From Actinomycetota bacterium (GTDB lineage: Bacteria; Actinomycetota; Actinomycetes; S36-B12; UBA10799): a DNA stretch of 36,833 nucleotides. The DNA lies in assembly GCA_030837445.1 (NCBI GenBank), contig JAUPKM010000075.1, positions 1 to 36,833 on the forward strand. The letters run 5' to 3'. The notes beneath the pieces are model-generated. The model had not been told where the DNA came from. It did no database searches and saw only the letters and a program-made list of their open reading frames with translations. How positions within the stretch are numbered: the first letter of the stretch is position 1; every line of letters begins with the position of its first letter. The translations under genes were made by a program, and so were the position numbers. Of the stretch, positions 1 through 8,453 are shown piece after piece.

Positions 1-70
1 GCGAGCGGGAGGTCCCGGACCATCACGTCCTGGCGTCGCCACCAGCCGGGGAACGCTCCGCTCACGTCCG

Positions 71-910
71 TCACGGGGTGAGCGTAGCGACGGGCTCGCC
101 CGGAGCGGGGTGCCGACGACGACGGGACACCAGATGACCGCGGCGGTGGGCAAGCACCAGGAAGCCGATCGTCAGCAGCGTGCCGGCCACCACTGCCGGC
201 AGGCTCGCCTCCGGCCCGAACTGCCCGCCGCTCACCAGCGAGGAGCCCGACGTCGCGCCGTCCAGCAGGCCCGCCCAGTGGCGCCTTCCCGAGACCTCGG
301 TGCCGAAGATGCCGGATTCGGCGAAGTTCCAGCCGAGGTGCAGCCCAATCGGTACCCAGAGCGTGCGGGTCGCGGTGTAGGCGGCGGCGAGCATCACCCC
401 GGCTTCGATCGCGATGGCCGTCGCCGCCCACAGGCTCGCGTGCGGGTTCGTCAGGTGGGACAGGCCGAACAGGACGGCGCTCAGCGCCAGCGCGCCCCAG
501 GTACCGATGCGTCCATCGACGATCCGGAACAGGACGCCACGGAAGAGCAGTTCCTCCGTGACGGCGGCGGCTGTCATGAAGCCGAACAACGCCGCCGCCC
601 CCGTCGCCGAGCCGGTGCCGTTCACCCGGTAACCGCCGAGCGCCGCGATCGCCCCGATGACGGTGCTGAACAGTGCCGTGCCGATCAGGAGGCCCCGGAC
701 CAGCGACGGGACGGCGCCGCGAAGACCCACCTCGACCGGCGTCCGGCGCTCGGTCACCCGCACCACCCCCACATACGCGAGCATCGCGATCACCGCCGTC
801 GCGACGCCGAGACCCAGCGTCTGCCATGGGTCGCCCTGCACCGCCGCGATACCCGCGCTGCCGGCGGCGGCGACAGCCGCAACGGCCAGGAACTGGATCA
901 ACAGTCGCAT
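71..910 (-). CDS. CPBP family intramembrane metalloprotease (CAAX/Abi-type)
   Basis: Polytopic hydrophobic protein carrying the three CPBP motifs TEELLFRG, FGLSHL and HLGWNF. I start it at the internal ATG (MRLLIQFLAVAAV, 910). The 55 residues upstream in the 71-1075 ORF are Arg/Pro/Cys-rich and not membrane-like. Confidence 0.8.
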   Translation of the reverse strand: MRLLIQFLAVAAVAAAGSAGIAAVQGDPWQTLGLGVATAVIAMLAYVGVVRVTERRTPVEVGLRGAVPSLVRGLLIGTALFSTVIGAIAALGGYRVNGTGSATGAAALFGFMTAAAVTEELLFRGVLFRIVDGRIGTWGALALSAVLFGLSHLTNPHASLWAATAIAIEAGVMLAAAYTATRTLWVPIGLHLGWNFAESGIFGTEVSGRRHWAGLLDGATSGSSLVSGGQFGPEASLPAVVAGTLLTIGFLVLAHRRGHLVSRRRRHPAPGEPVATLTP

Positions 911-1101
911 TTCGGCCCCTTCGAGATGGCCCGCGACCGGAGCGCCGCGGCACACGACGACGCTAGGGATTCCGAGGTCCGGGGTCGTCACCCCTCGGTG
1001 GACACCTGCGGGTAGCTCGCACGAGGGACAGACCCGGACAGCATTTCGCTTCAGCCAGGTCACGGCCTGCGGCACGGGGTGCGTCAGGGCACGATGGCAG
1101 C

Positions 1102-1617
1102 ATGACGGTCAGGGGCGCGGAACCAGGAGACGATGCCTCCATCGCAGTCGTCCACGTCCGGACGTGGCAGGACGCCTACCGCGGGTTGATGCCCCAGAAC
1201 TACCTCGACGACCAGCGCGTGGAACGCCGACGTGAGGTCTGGGAACGCCTCATCGCCGAGACGGACTGGCCGCGCACCGGTGTCTTCGTTGCCGAGAACA
1301 GCGACGGCATCGTGGGTTTCGCCCACGTCGGTCCCGCTCGTGACGAAGACGCCGGCGAAGACGTGGGAGAGGTGAACGCGATCTACGTCCTCGCGAGCGC
1401 GTGGGGCACGGGCGCGGGACGTGCGCTGTTGACGTCCGCCGTGAGCACCCTTCGCGAGGCGCGCTTCAGGGAAGCAACCTTGTGGGTTCTGGACGGGAAC
1501 GCCCGCGCCCGAGGCTTCTACGAGGCCGCCGAGTGGGCCGTCGATGGCGCTGAGCGCGCGGAGGACCTGCGCGGGTTCCCCCTGCGTGAGGTTCGCTACC
1601 GGCGTCCGTTGTGGTGA
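1102..1617 (+). CDS. GNAT family N-acetyltransferase
   Basis: 171-aa ORF with an ATG start. It has an acetyl-CoA-site-like motif (YVLASAWGTGAGRALL, i.e. R/Q-x-x-G-x-G/A) and typical GNAT size and layout. Confidence 0.85.
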   Translation: MTVRGAEPGDDASIAVVHVRTWQDAYRGLMPQNYLDDQRVERRREVWERLIAETDWPRTGVFVAENSDGIVGFAHVGPARDEDAGEDVGEVNAIYVLASAWGTGAGRALLTSAVSTLREARFREATLWVLDGNARARGFYEAAEWAVDGAERAEDLRGFPLREVRYRRPLW

Positions 1618-1773
1618 GCGGCGAACCCTGTGGACCGGCCGCAAGGCCCGAACTGCGGATCGTGCTGCTTCAGGACCGGGACGCGCAAGATGTCTGGCGC
1701 CGTCTTGTACGACGCTGTCCGGATCTCGCAGCCTTCCCTCTCGAGCGGCTCGTCGACCTCCCCGTCGGCACTG

Positions 1774-2024
1774 AGCGCCCCGCCATCCGCCACTTGATCT
1801 GAATGCTCTGCCCACCATCGGTGCGAGCCCGGTTCACCCACTGCGCCATCACGACACTCCCGCCTGCTGGCGGCAGACCCGCGACCCCCTCGCGTCCCGG
1901 GTTGCCTGCCACCGAACGTAGTCAGGACCTCCGCCACGACAGGGACGTGATCCCACGGGGAACAAAACGAACCAGCCCCTACCGCGTTTCCGCTGGTCAG
2001 GGGCTGGTTCCAAGTGTGTCCGAG
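1774..2024 (-). repeat. Copy A of the tRNA-Leu 3'-end/downstream-flank repeat, contiguous with the intact tRNA
   Basis: The reverse complement of 1774-2024 aligns by eye over about 250 nt with 29915-30176, and over about 185 nt with 5071-5258. There are scattered substitutions and one 12-nt indel. Homology with copy C ends at ...GGCGGATGGCGGGGCGCT. Confidence 0.85.
1961..2010 (-). terminator. Rho-independent-type terminator downstream of tRNA-Leu
   Basis: On the minus strand: a perfect 12-bp stem GAACCAGCCCCT / AGGGGCTGGTTC with an 18-nt loop, followed by GTTTTGTT. It starts 7 nt after the tRNA 3' end. Confidence 0.6.
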
Positions 2025-2100
2025 GGGGGACTTGAACCCCCATGCCCTTGCGGGCACTAGCACCTCAAGCTAGCGCGTCTGCCTATTCCGCCACCCGGAC
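2017..2100 (-). tRNA. tRNA-Leu (anticodon GAG), class II with long variable arm
   Basis: Hand-folded from the reverse complement: GTCCGGG acceptor pairs with CTCGGAC, with one G-U. Anticodon stem CTAGC/GCTAG with loop TTGAGGT gives GAG. Variable arm TGCCCGCAAGGGCAT. T arm GGGGG-TTCAAGT-CCCCC. Discriminator A, and CCA is not encoded. Confidence 0.9.
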
Positions 2101-2391
2101 TTGGCGCGGCTGCCCGCCGCGACGGCTACGATAATATCATGTCCCTACCCCAGCCACCGGCCACCCCCCGTCAGGCAGGACACCCGAGCCAACCAGAGAT
2201 CGGAGTCCCCCGCGGTAGGCGGGCGATCGCTGAGCGTCGAGAGGGTCGGAGATCCTCGACGAGGCCCCTGGTGGTGATCCACGACGCTATCGGGTTTGTT
2301 CGTCCGGGCGCCGTCCATGCTGAGCGGAAGCCGCCGTCCCGCATGATCAGACACCCGGACTGATCTCGCACGGCGACTCGGGAGCTCATGG

Positions 2392-2583
2392 TTATGGCTG
2401 GAGGAGTCTGTCCGATCGGCAACACGTCCGCGGCACGAACGTGCACGGGCCGGCGTCCAACGGCCGGGTCCGGAACGTGGCGACTTGCTCGTCCAGGTCA
2501 GCAGCCATCTGGGACACCACTTTGAGGGACTCCACTGCCCGCCCGCGGCAGGACTTGATCCTGGTGAACTTGCCCTCGAGCGG
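2392..2583 (-). pseudogene. IS256-family (Mutator-type) transposase remnant
   Basis: An unlisted minus-strand frame reads ...ESLKVVSQMAADLDEQVATFRTRPLDAGPCTFV... This matches the conserved central block of IS256/IS1081-type transposases (..MA.ELDE.V..FRTRPLDAGPYTF.AADAL..). There is no start, an in-frame stop at 2392-2394, and no catalytic region. Weaker similarity may continue to about 2140 in other frames. Confidence 0.55.
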
Positions 2584-2606
2584 GCCCGATCGTGGATGAT
2601 CTGATC

Positions 2607-3434
2607 ATGCCACGTCACCGTGAGCAGTTGATCAGCATATTGCGTCGCAGCGTGCTGCCGTTGGACGACGACGAGCTGGCCCGTTGTGCCGAGATTCACC
2701 CCCGGCAGTCGGTGAACCAGCTGTGTCGTCGACTTGCCGACGAGGGCGTCCTGCGCCGCTTCGCCGGGCCCGCCGGGAAGATCGTGAACGAGCTCGTCGA
2801 CGGTGTCTCGGAGACGCCGATACCGCAGGCGGCCGGTACACCAGACACGAGGCCGGTCGATGCCTCTACCGGAGGCAGGTCGATGGGCGTTGGAACCTGG
2901 CGGGTGACGGACGGCGCGGGCGTCGCCTTCGGCGACGCCCGGCGGCTGTGGGCGTCAGCCGCCCGAGAGACCCTGATTGACGTCGCTCGGCGCTACCACG
3001 CCTACATCACATACGGAGAACTGGCCGAGCAGGTGCAGCAAATGTCCGGCGTCCGCACACGCAGCCAGCTGCGTAACTGGATCGGCAAGGTGCTCGCCGA
3101 CGTCGTGCAGGACTGCCACCATCGCGGAGAGCCGCCATTGACGGCACTGTGCGTACACCAGGACCAGAGCGTGGGAGACGGGTACGCCTACGTTCTGCAC
3201 GTGGCTGGTCTGCCGGTTCCGGAGGACCTCGACGCGCACGCCGCGGAAGCCCGGCTGGAATGCCACCGATTCTTCGGCGCTCAGCTGCCTACGGACGGCG
3301 GACGGCCAGCCCTGCCTCCAGCGGTAGTCGCTGCGAGACGGCGCGCAGCCCGGGCGGTGACTCCCCCGGCCGCGATCTGCCCCAGCTGCTTCACCGCCCT
3401 GCCGAAGACGGGACGGTGTGACACCTGCTCATGA
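2607..3434 (+). CDS. Hypothetical protein; N-terminal winged-helix-like segment and C-terminal CxxC...CxxC zinc-ribbon-like tail
   Basis: High-GC3 ORF. I prefer the ATG at 2607 over the GTG at 2592. It ends CPSCFTALPKTGRCDTCS. The central ITYGELAEQV...RNWIGKVL block is not assignable by eye. Confidence 0.6.
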   Translation: MPRHREQLISILRRSVLPLDDDELARCAEIHPRQSVNQLCRRLADEGVLRRFAGPAGKIVNELVDGVSETPIPQAAGTPDTRPVDASTGGRSMGVGTWRVTDGAGVAFGDARRLWASAARETLIDVARRYHAYITYGELAEQVQQMSGVRTRSQLRNWIGKVLADVVQDCHHRGEPPLTALCVHQDQSVGDGYAYVLHVAGLPVPEDLDAHAAEARLECHRFFGAQLPTDGGRPALPPAVVAARRRAARAVTPPAAICPSCFTALPKTGRCDTCS

Positions 3435-3687
3435 AGCACGTCCCCGGAGAGCCGCCTCGCCCGGGAACTGGTGGGCGTCGCGGTCGAGAGCAGACTCGGT
3501 AAGCGCTGACACGGCCCCGCTCGGCTAAACGCCCGTACGCCGGATGGGTGAGGTGCACGCTGCGCGCATCGCGCAGGTCTGCGAGCAGGCCGGAGGGGAG
3601 CGCGTCGAGGTCGACCTCCTCGACTCCGTACCAGGACAGCGCGACGGAAGTATCGGCGACGACCTCCACTTCCGCGATGGTCTCCAT
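3391..3687 (-). CDS. Hypothetical small protein, possibly truncated
   Basis: ATG start, and high third-position GC over the first ~60 codons (METIAEVEVVADTSVALSWYGVEEVDLDAL...). Codon bias weakens towards the 3' end, which overlaps the convergent 2607-3434 gene by 44 nt. No family recognised. Confidence 0.3.
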   Translation of the reverse strand: METIAEVEVVADTSVALSWYGVEEVDLDALPSGLLADLRDARSVHLTHPAYGRLAERGRVSAYRVCSRPRRPPVPGRGGSPGTCFMSRCHTVPSSAGR

Positions 3688-3738
3688 CCGCTGTCCGACC
3701 GCTCCTCGTCAGCCTCCAAGGCTCGATGGTCTACACCA

Positions 3739-3837
3739 AACGCGGTACGAGACAGTTGGTACCGCACCGCGATCCCCGAGGCCGAACGCCTCTACGAGGA
3801 CTATCTCGACGAACGCAAGAGGGAGGCCCGACCATGA
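3739..3837 (+). pseudogene. C-terminal remnant of a HigB/Gp49-like (RelE superfamily) toxin
   Basis: The frame ends ...NAVRDSWYRTAIPEAERLYEDYLDERKREARP*. This resembles the conserved W-Y-x-x-A-I-P-x-A-x-x-x-Y C-terminus of Gp49/DUF891 toxins. Its TGA overlaps the ATG of the downstream HTH gene (ATGA at 3834-3837). No toxin-like N-terminal sequence is found upstream in any frame. Confidence 0.45.
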
Positions 3838-4154
3838 CCCCACCGCGACGCTGGCGTGACACCGACCACCTGGAACGGGCGGTCGAGACCGCCGGAGGCC
3901 CCGAAGCCTTCGACGCCGCCGTCGGCCAGATGCTCGACCAGGCCCGTGGCTGGCGCCTGGCCGAACTGCGCCAGCGGCGAGGTCTCACCCAGGCACAGGT
4001 CGCCGAAAGGACGGGCGTCAGCATCGCCCGGGTCTCCCAGATCGAGAACGGCGACCTGTCCACCCAAGACGTCCTGGCCCGCTACGTCACCGCGCTCGGC
4101 GGCACCCTCAAACTCATCGTTGACTTCGGCGACGAACAACTCAAGATCGCCTAA
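3834..4154 (+). CDS. XRE-family helix-turn-helix protein (HigA-like antitoxin)
   Basis: Classic XRE HTH: LAELRQRRGLTQAQVAERTGVSIARVSQIENG. The start is moved to the ATG at 3834 (MTPPRRW), which overlaps the stop of the upstream toxin remnant. Confidence 0.75.
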   Translation: MTPPRRWRDTDHLERAVETAGGPEAFDAAVGQMLDQARGWRLAELRQRRGLTQAQVAERTGVSIARVSQIENGDLSTQDVLARYVTALGGTLKLIVDFGDEQLKIA

Positions 4155-4379
4155 CCCCGGCGCCTGAGCCTCGACATCGACCAGCCCCAACCTCCGCCCG
4201 CCGCAACACGCCGACGCCATTCAGCACCAACCGGGTCGTGATCACGTAGTCCTGGTCAAGATCGAGCCACGACCACCGAGATTCGCGAGAAGTCCCGTCG
4301 CCGCCGGGATGATTACCGAACAGCCGACATCGTGGGCTGACAAGCCGTGGCGCGGCGTGACCGCAGGGAAGGAGGTTGG

Positions 4380-4532
4380 CGATATGTTCTGCCCATACAC
4401 TTGGCGGACCTGCACGGCCCCACCCGTGGCATGGTACGACTCGACCACACCCTGCGACGTCTCTGGCTCACCCTGTGGCTGCCACCTCGTCGTCGGCTGT
4501 GCCCCTGGCGACGCCAGGTGACGGGCGGGTGA
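4380..4532 (+). pseudogene. Internally deleted remnant of an AbiEi-like antitoxin, paralogous to 32039-32395
   Basis: The frame reads RYVLPIHLADLHGPTRGMVRLDHTL|RRLWLTLWLPPRRR. The intact gene reads RRYVVAASLADLHGPTQGVVRLERAL...(about 50 aa)...CRIWPTLWLPPRVR. Both ends match but the middle is missing. Confidence 0.5.
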
Positions 4533-4863
4533 GACGAGCAGTGATCCGCGCCTGCACATCAGCGACAGGGACCGTGCCCGCAGGAAGCTGCCCGGTGGCC
4601 AGGGTCCGCTCGGCCCGGGCAAGCATCCTCCGGTAGCCGTCAACGTCCAGGGCTGTGGTGGTCCGTGCGGTTCGCCGCCACACCGTGAGCGTCTCGAAGA
4701 CAGCAGCCAAGTCCAGATCCCGGGTGGCCTCAGCCATGCACGCCTGCCATGCCGCGTCAAAGAGCGGGACATCCTCGGGAGCCAGGGCTGCCCTCACCTG
4801 CGCGGGCGTAGCGTCAGAAAACGGCACGGCACCCAAGCCGCCGTCCACCGGTTCCGCCGTCAT
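4468..4863 (-). CDS. DUF6247-like protein (family recalled from memory)
   Basis: MTAEPVDGG...TPAQVRAALAPEDVPLFDAAWQACMAEATRDLDLAAVFETLTVWRR...YRRMLARAERTLATGQ resembles the small actinobacterial DUF6247 family. The start is set at the internal ATG at 4863. The last ~20 codons run into the antitoxin remnant on the other strand, so the native stop may have been lost. Confidence 0.5.
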   Translation of the reverse strand: MTAEPVDGGLGAVPFSDATPAQVRAALAPEDVPLFDAAWQACMAEATRDLDLAAVFETLTVWRRTARTTTALDVDGYRRMLARAERTLATGQLPAGTVPVADVQARITARLTRPSPGVARGTADDEVAATG

Positions 4864-5070
4864 GAGCGCGAGCCTACCCGGCCTCGTTTCACACAGCGAG
4901 ACCCTGATCAACATAGCCGGTCACCCATCGTAACGAACCCACCGGTCCCGGCTGTGATCTCGTGGGATCCCAGCGACAGTCACCGGTAGCTCAGCAGAGC
5001 AGTCAGGAGCACGTCCTGATCCCAGGAACCGTGACATGCTGGCGTTTCTGCAGGTCAACGGGCTCCGACA

Positions 5071-5258
5071 GGTGATTCAAGTCCCCCCTCGGACACACTT
5101 GTAACCAGCCACTGACCAGCGGAAACGCGGTAGGGGCTGATTCGTATTGTTCCCTGTGGGATCACCTGTGGGATCACACCCCTGTCTTGGCAGAGGTCCT
5201 GACTACGTTCGGTGGCAGGCAACCCAGGACGCGAGGGGGTCGCGGCTCTGCGCCGAGG
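5071..5258 (+). repeat. Copy B of the tRNA-Leu 3'-end/downstream-flank repeat
   Basis: TTCAAGTCCCCCCTCGGACAC is identical to the T-loop/acceptor 3' part of the tRNA at 2017-2100. It is followed by about 165 nt homologous to the tRNA downstream flank. The terminator hairpin here is degenerate. A tandem 12-mer CTGTGGGATCAC x2 sits at 5154-5177. Confidence 0.8.
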
Positions 5259-5308
5259 TTGCTATCCCCCACCTGCCGTCTCCCTACAGCCGATGCGAAT
5301 CGTTGCCG

Positions 5309-6058
5309 ATGTCGATCTCATCCGACGAGGAGGTTGTCGTGGTCGACGAGGAGACCAGCTCCGGCGTAGTTCCTGCTGGCTGGCAGAAGAAGGCAGACCA
5401 GCTGATCCAGTTCGTCGTCAACGCAGGACTGGACGGCGCGGGGCCGTGGAAAGGCGCCCAGGACGTCGCGGACGAGATCCTGGCCACGGCACGTACGCGC
5501 GAGCAGGCGGTCGACCGACTCGTCGCCACCCACATGCGGATGGTGACCGCGAGCGGGTTCCTGGCCGGTCTAGGTGGGCTCATCACCCTTCCGGTGACCG
5601 TGCCGGCGGACCTGTCCGCGTTCTACGTGCTCAGCACCCGCATGGTCGGCGGGATCGCATACCTCAACGGGTATGACATTGCCACGGAGGAGGTTCGCAG
5701 CGTCGTCCTCGTCAGCCTGATCGGCGCTGGCGGCACGTCTCTTCTTGCCGAAGCCGGAGTTCAGTTGGGGACCAAGGCCGCGAAGGCAGCCTTGAAGCAG
5801 GTCCCGGGAAAGATACTCCAGGGGATCAACCGTCAGGTGGGGTTCCGGCTGATCACCAAGGCAGGGACCACCGGCGTCGTCAACATGTCCAAGATGGTCC
5901 CGCTCGTCGGCGGCGTCGCCGGTGCAGGCATCAACTTCGCGGGCATCAAGGCGACCGCTGCCCACGCACGCCACAACTTCGTTTATGTCGCCGACGCCAG
6001 TGAGGACGGAGAGGAAGCACCGACGGTGTCCGGCCCCTGCTCGCGGACCGGCCGATGA
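5309..6058 (+). CDS. EcsC-family-like protein
   Basis: The start is moved to the ATG at 5309 (MSISSDEEV), because the upstream part of ORF 5147-6058 lies inside repeat B. The sequence has a Gly/Ala-rich amphipathic pattern (GFLAGLGGLITLPVTVPADLSAFYVLSTRMVGGIAYLNGYD) as in EcsC proteins. The function call is tentative. Confidence 0.6.
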   Translation: MSISSDEEVVVVDEETSSGVVPAGWQKKADQLIQFVVNAGLDGAGPWKGAQDVADEILATARTREQAVDRLVATHMRMVTASGFLAGLGGLITLPVTVPADLSAFYVLSTRMVGGIAYLNGYDIATEEVRSVVLVSLIGAGGTSLLAEAGVQLGTKAAKAALKQVPGKILQGINRQVGFRLITKAGTTGVVNMSKMVPLVGGVAGAGINFAGIKATAAHARHNFVYVADASEDGEEAPTVSGPCSRTGR

Positions 6059-6074
6059 TGGATCGTCGCCTGGG

Positions 6075-6209
6075 TCACGTCGCCTTCAACTGCGACACGG
6101 TGAAGTCCCGGTGCGGCTCGATCGCCGACCATGTGACCTGCCGCAACCCCGCATTGGTTATCGCCGGGAACCACTGCCCAGCCAACTCCTGCCAGTCCTG
6201 GCGGGTCAT
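6075..6209 (-). CDS. Small ORF (44 aa) coupled to the upstream gene
   Basis: MTRQDWQELAGQWFPAITNAGLRQVTWSAIEPHRDFTVSQLKAT. Its ATG overlaps the TGA of 6206-6904 (ATGA at 6206-6209). No family recognised, and it could be a gene fragment. Confidence 0.25.
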   Translation of the reverse strand: MTRQDWQELAGQWFPAITNAGLRQVTWSAIEPHRDFTVSQLKAT

Positions 6210-6904
6210 CCGGTACCGCCCGTCCGCCGCAGGTCCTCGGCAAGGTGGTCCGCTTCGCGCTGCGTGGTTGCGAAGCAGGTGACCGTCCAGTGGTCGGTTC
6301 CGTCGGCTGGCCACGCGTCGAGGTGGCACCAGACCGCGCGGCGGTTGTCGCGCCACCACCGGTCGCCCCCGCCGCTCGCCTCCACGACGGCGGGCAGGCC
6401 GAGCCCGGCACCGACGGCTGGCTCGCCGGTGGGGACGACCTGACTGAACACGGCCCTGGGCATCGAGGCGACCTCCAGGAGCAGCGCGTGCTTGTTCAGT
6501 CGCTGCTCGGCGGAGTCGTCCAGGACGCGCTGAGACCAGGTGCCGAGGCAGGCGGTCACACGCCCGTCCAGCAGCACGTCCAGCGGGGCCGTCTGGCTGC
6601 CGTCGAGAACCCCGTAGAACGCCCAGCCCAGCGGCGTCTCGTAAAGCGAGACGTCACCATCCAGGCCGTACTCCATCTCGTTGGGCCAGCCAGGCACGGC
6701 GTACGACAGGCCCCCGAAGCGGTCCTCGAAGGCGAGCATGGCCTCGACGGCGCCCTCCGGCATGCGCACCTCGTGTCCGTCCTCGACCACCGCTCGCGCG
6801 GCGCGCCGGATGTACGCGGCGTCGGTGCGAGGGTGACGCGCGACATGCCGGGTAAGGAAGACGCGCAGCCGCGAGTTCACCTGGGGGTCGATGGCGATGT
6901 TCAT
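6206..6904 (-). CDS. Hypothetical protein
   Basis: ORF with coding-like composition. The start is set at ATG 6904 (MNIAIDPQV). It lies in an operon-like array downstream of the NUDIX gene. No motif recognised. Confidence 0.6.
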   Translation of the reverse strand: MNIAIDPQVNSRLRVFLTRHVARHPRTDAAYIRRAARAVVEDGHEVRMPEGAVEAMLAFEDRFGGLSYAVPGWPNEMEYGLDGDVSLYETPLGWAFYGVLDGSQTAPLDVLLDGRVTACLGTWSQRVLDDSAEQRLNKHALLLEVASMPRAVFSQVVPTGEPAVGAGLGLPAVVEASGGGDRWWRDNRRAVWCHLDAWPADGTDHWTVTCFATTQREADHLAEDLRRTGGTG

Positions 6905-6944
6905 GCGGCGGTCCCACGTTCGGTGTCGATGCCGATGCTCGGTC

Positions 6945-7382
6945 TCAACCTCGCTGGTAGTTCGCGAGGATCTGCTGGACGGCGTCGGTGACGGGAGGTT
7001 CCTCGTCAAGGGGATGCCATCGGTGGTCGTTGTGCTCGGTGAGAATGACCGGCTTGGGGGCGGCGACGGTGACGGCGAAGGTGAACTGCCGGCTGGGGCG
7101 GCCGCTGCCGAAGGTGTAGTCGAAGGCCCCGAGGTAGGTGTCGAGATGTTCCACGGTCAGGCCGGTCTCCTCGGTCACCTCGCGGGCCAGGGCGGCGTCG
7201 AGGCTCTCGCCGGGGTCGACCTTGCCGCTGGGCAGTTCGTAGATCCCGCCCATGAAGTCGTCGGCCGGGCGTCGCAGGAGCAGGACCCGGTCGTCGTGGA
7301 CGACGACGGCTCCGACGACGAGCTGGGCGATGCCGTCGCGTTGGGCAGCGCTGGCGAGATCCTCCAGCAGAGTGCCGGTCAT
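6945..7382 (-). CDS. NUDIX hydrolase
   Basis: Complete Nudix box GGIYELPSGKVDPGESLDAALAREVTEETGL (G-x5-E-x7-R-E-U-x-E-E-x-G-U). The start is set at ATG 7382 (MTGTLLEDL). Confidence 0.85.
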   Translation of the reverse strand: MTGTLLEDLASAAQRDGIAQLVVGAVVVHDDRVLLLRRPADDFMGGIYELPSGKVDPGESLDAALAREVTEETGLTVEHLDTYLGAFDYTFGSGRPSRQFTFAVTVAAPKPVILTEHNDHRWHPLDEEPPVTDAVQQILANYQRG

Positions 7383-7393
7383 CACGCGGTTCG

Positions 7394-8453
7394 TCACGCC
7401 GGGCACCGTAGCAACTCCCCGTGGTGGTCCGTCACCTCCCGGCACCCCTCGGCCAGCAGCGCGCGATGGAAGCGCTCTATGGGCAGGCCGCCCAGCTTCT
7501 CGGGCTGGTGGGTGAGCGGGAGCCCGTACCAGGAGGCCGTCGTCCCGGCCGGCAGGACGGGGGCGATCAGCCCGGGCAAGCGACCGAGTTGCTCGCGCAT
7601 CCGGCCTGCGACCGCAGCCCTGCCCTGGAGGTAGTCGTCGAGGTGCCCGAGCTGCTCCAGCGCGATCGCGGCGACCAGGGGATGGATGCGGAACTTCAGG
7701 CCTGCGCCGGTCCTGGCATAGGCGCGTAGCGGGAAGTCGGGGGCGATCTCGTTGAGGCAGCGCTTGTTGTACTGGCTGAACAGCAGCACCCGGTAGTACG
7801 TCTCGTCGTCGGTGAGGACGAAGCCTCCCTCGCCCGCCGACAGGGGTTTGGGCCCGTTCATGCTGAAGGCCGCCGCGACCCCGAACGTGCCGGCCAGGCG
7901 TCCGGCGACGCGCGCACCGTGGGCATGGGAGCCGTCCTCCAACAGCAGCAGCCCGTTCTGCTCGGCCTGCTCGCCGAGCGCCGACATATCAGCGGGGATT
8001 CCCCACAGGTGGGTGACGACGATCGCCTTGGTCCTCGGCGTGATCCTGGCCCGAACGTCGGCGGGGTCGAGGTTGCCGTTCTCGTCGCAGTCCGCCAGGA
8101 CCGGTCGGACGCCCAGGTGCAGCAGCGGCGTGACGGTGGCGAAGAAGGTGTAGGCAGGGGCGATCACCTCGTCGCCCGGCTTCAGGCAGGCTGCGTACAT
8201 CGCGTGCAGTGCGGCCGTGCCGGAGCTGGTCAGGACGGCGTGCGCGCGACCGTGGTAAGTCTCCAGCGCGCTCTCCAGCTCGGCGATCACCCCGGACCGG
8301 TCGTACACGGAGATCCCTGCCTGGAGCTGGTCGAGGACCGCCGCCGTGGTGGCCTTACGGAGGGGAGGCCACGGGAAGTGCGGTCCGGCGTGGGTGACGG
8401 TCTGGGGGGCCGCCGAGCACGGCCAGGGTCGAGGAGGTCACGGGAGTGTTCAC
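7394..8453 (-). pseudogene. DegT/DnrJ/EryC1/StrS-family aminotransferase with a frameshift in a homopolymer
   Basis: The body (7394-8308) is DegT-like: SGTAALHAMYAA, VIAPAYTFFATV, AIVVTHLWG, GSHAHGA. The expected N-terminus VNTPVTSSTLAVLGGP is in another frame, starting at GTG 8453. That GTG overlaps the stop of the upstream oxidoreductase (GTGA). ...QTVTHAGPHFPWPP continues in the body frame with no start codon. The frames switch at the G6 run at 8404-8409 (C6 on the coding strand). Confidence 0.8.

Noticed and set aside
110-1015. 301-aa plus-strand ORF and nested ORFs opposite the CPBP protease gene
   Set aside because: Arg/Pro/Gly-rich low-complexity translation typical of antisense frames in high-GC DNA. 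The minus-strand frame has clear family motifs.
4985-5070. tRNA-like string (GGTAGCTCAGCAGAGCAG... followed by a TCAGGA/TCCTGA stem) just upstream of repeat copy B, considered as the missing 5' part of a second tRNA
   Set aside because: The stem encloses a 5-nt loop, or a 7-nt loop lacking U33. The spacing to the T-arm fragment is far too long and no acceptor pairing exists. It does not fold as a tRNA.
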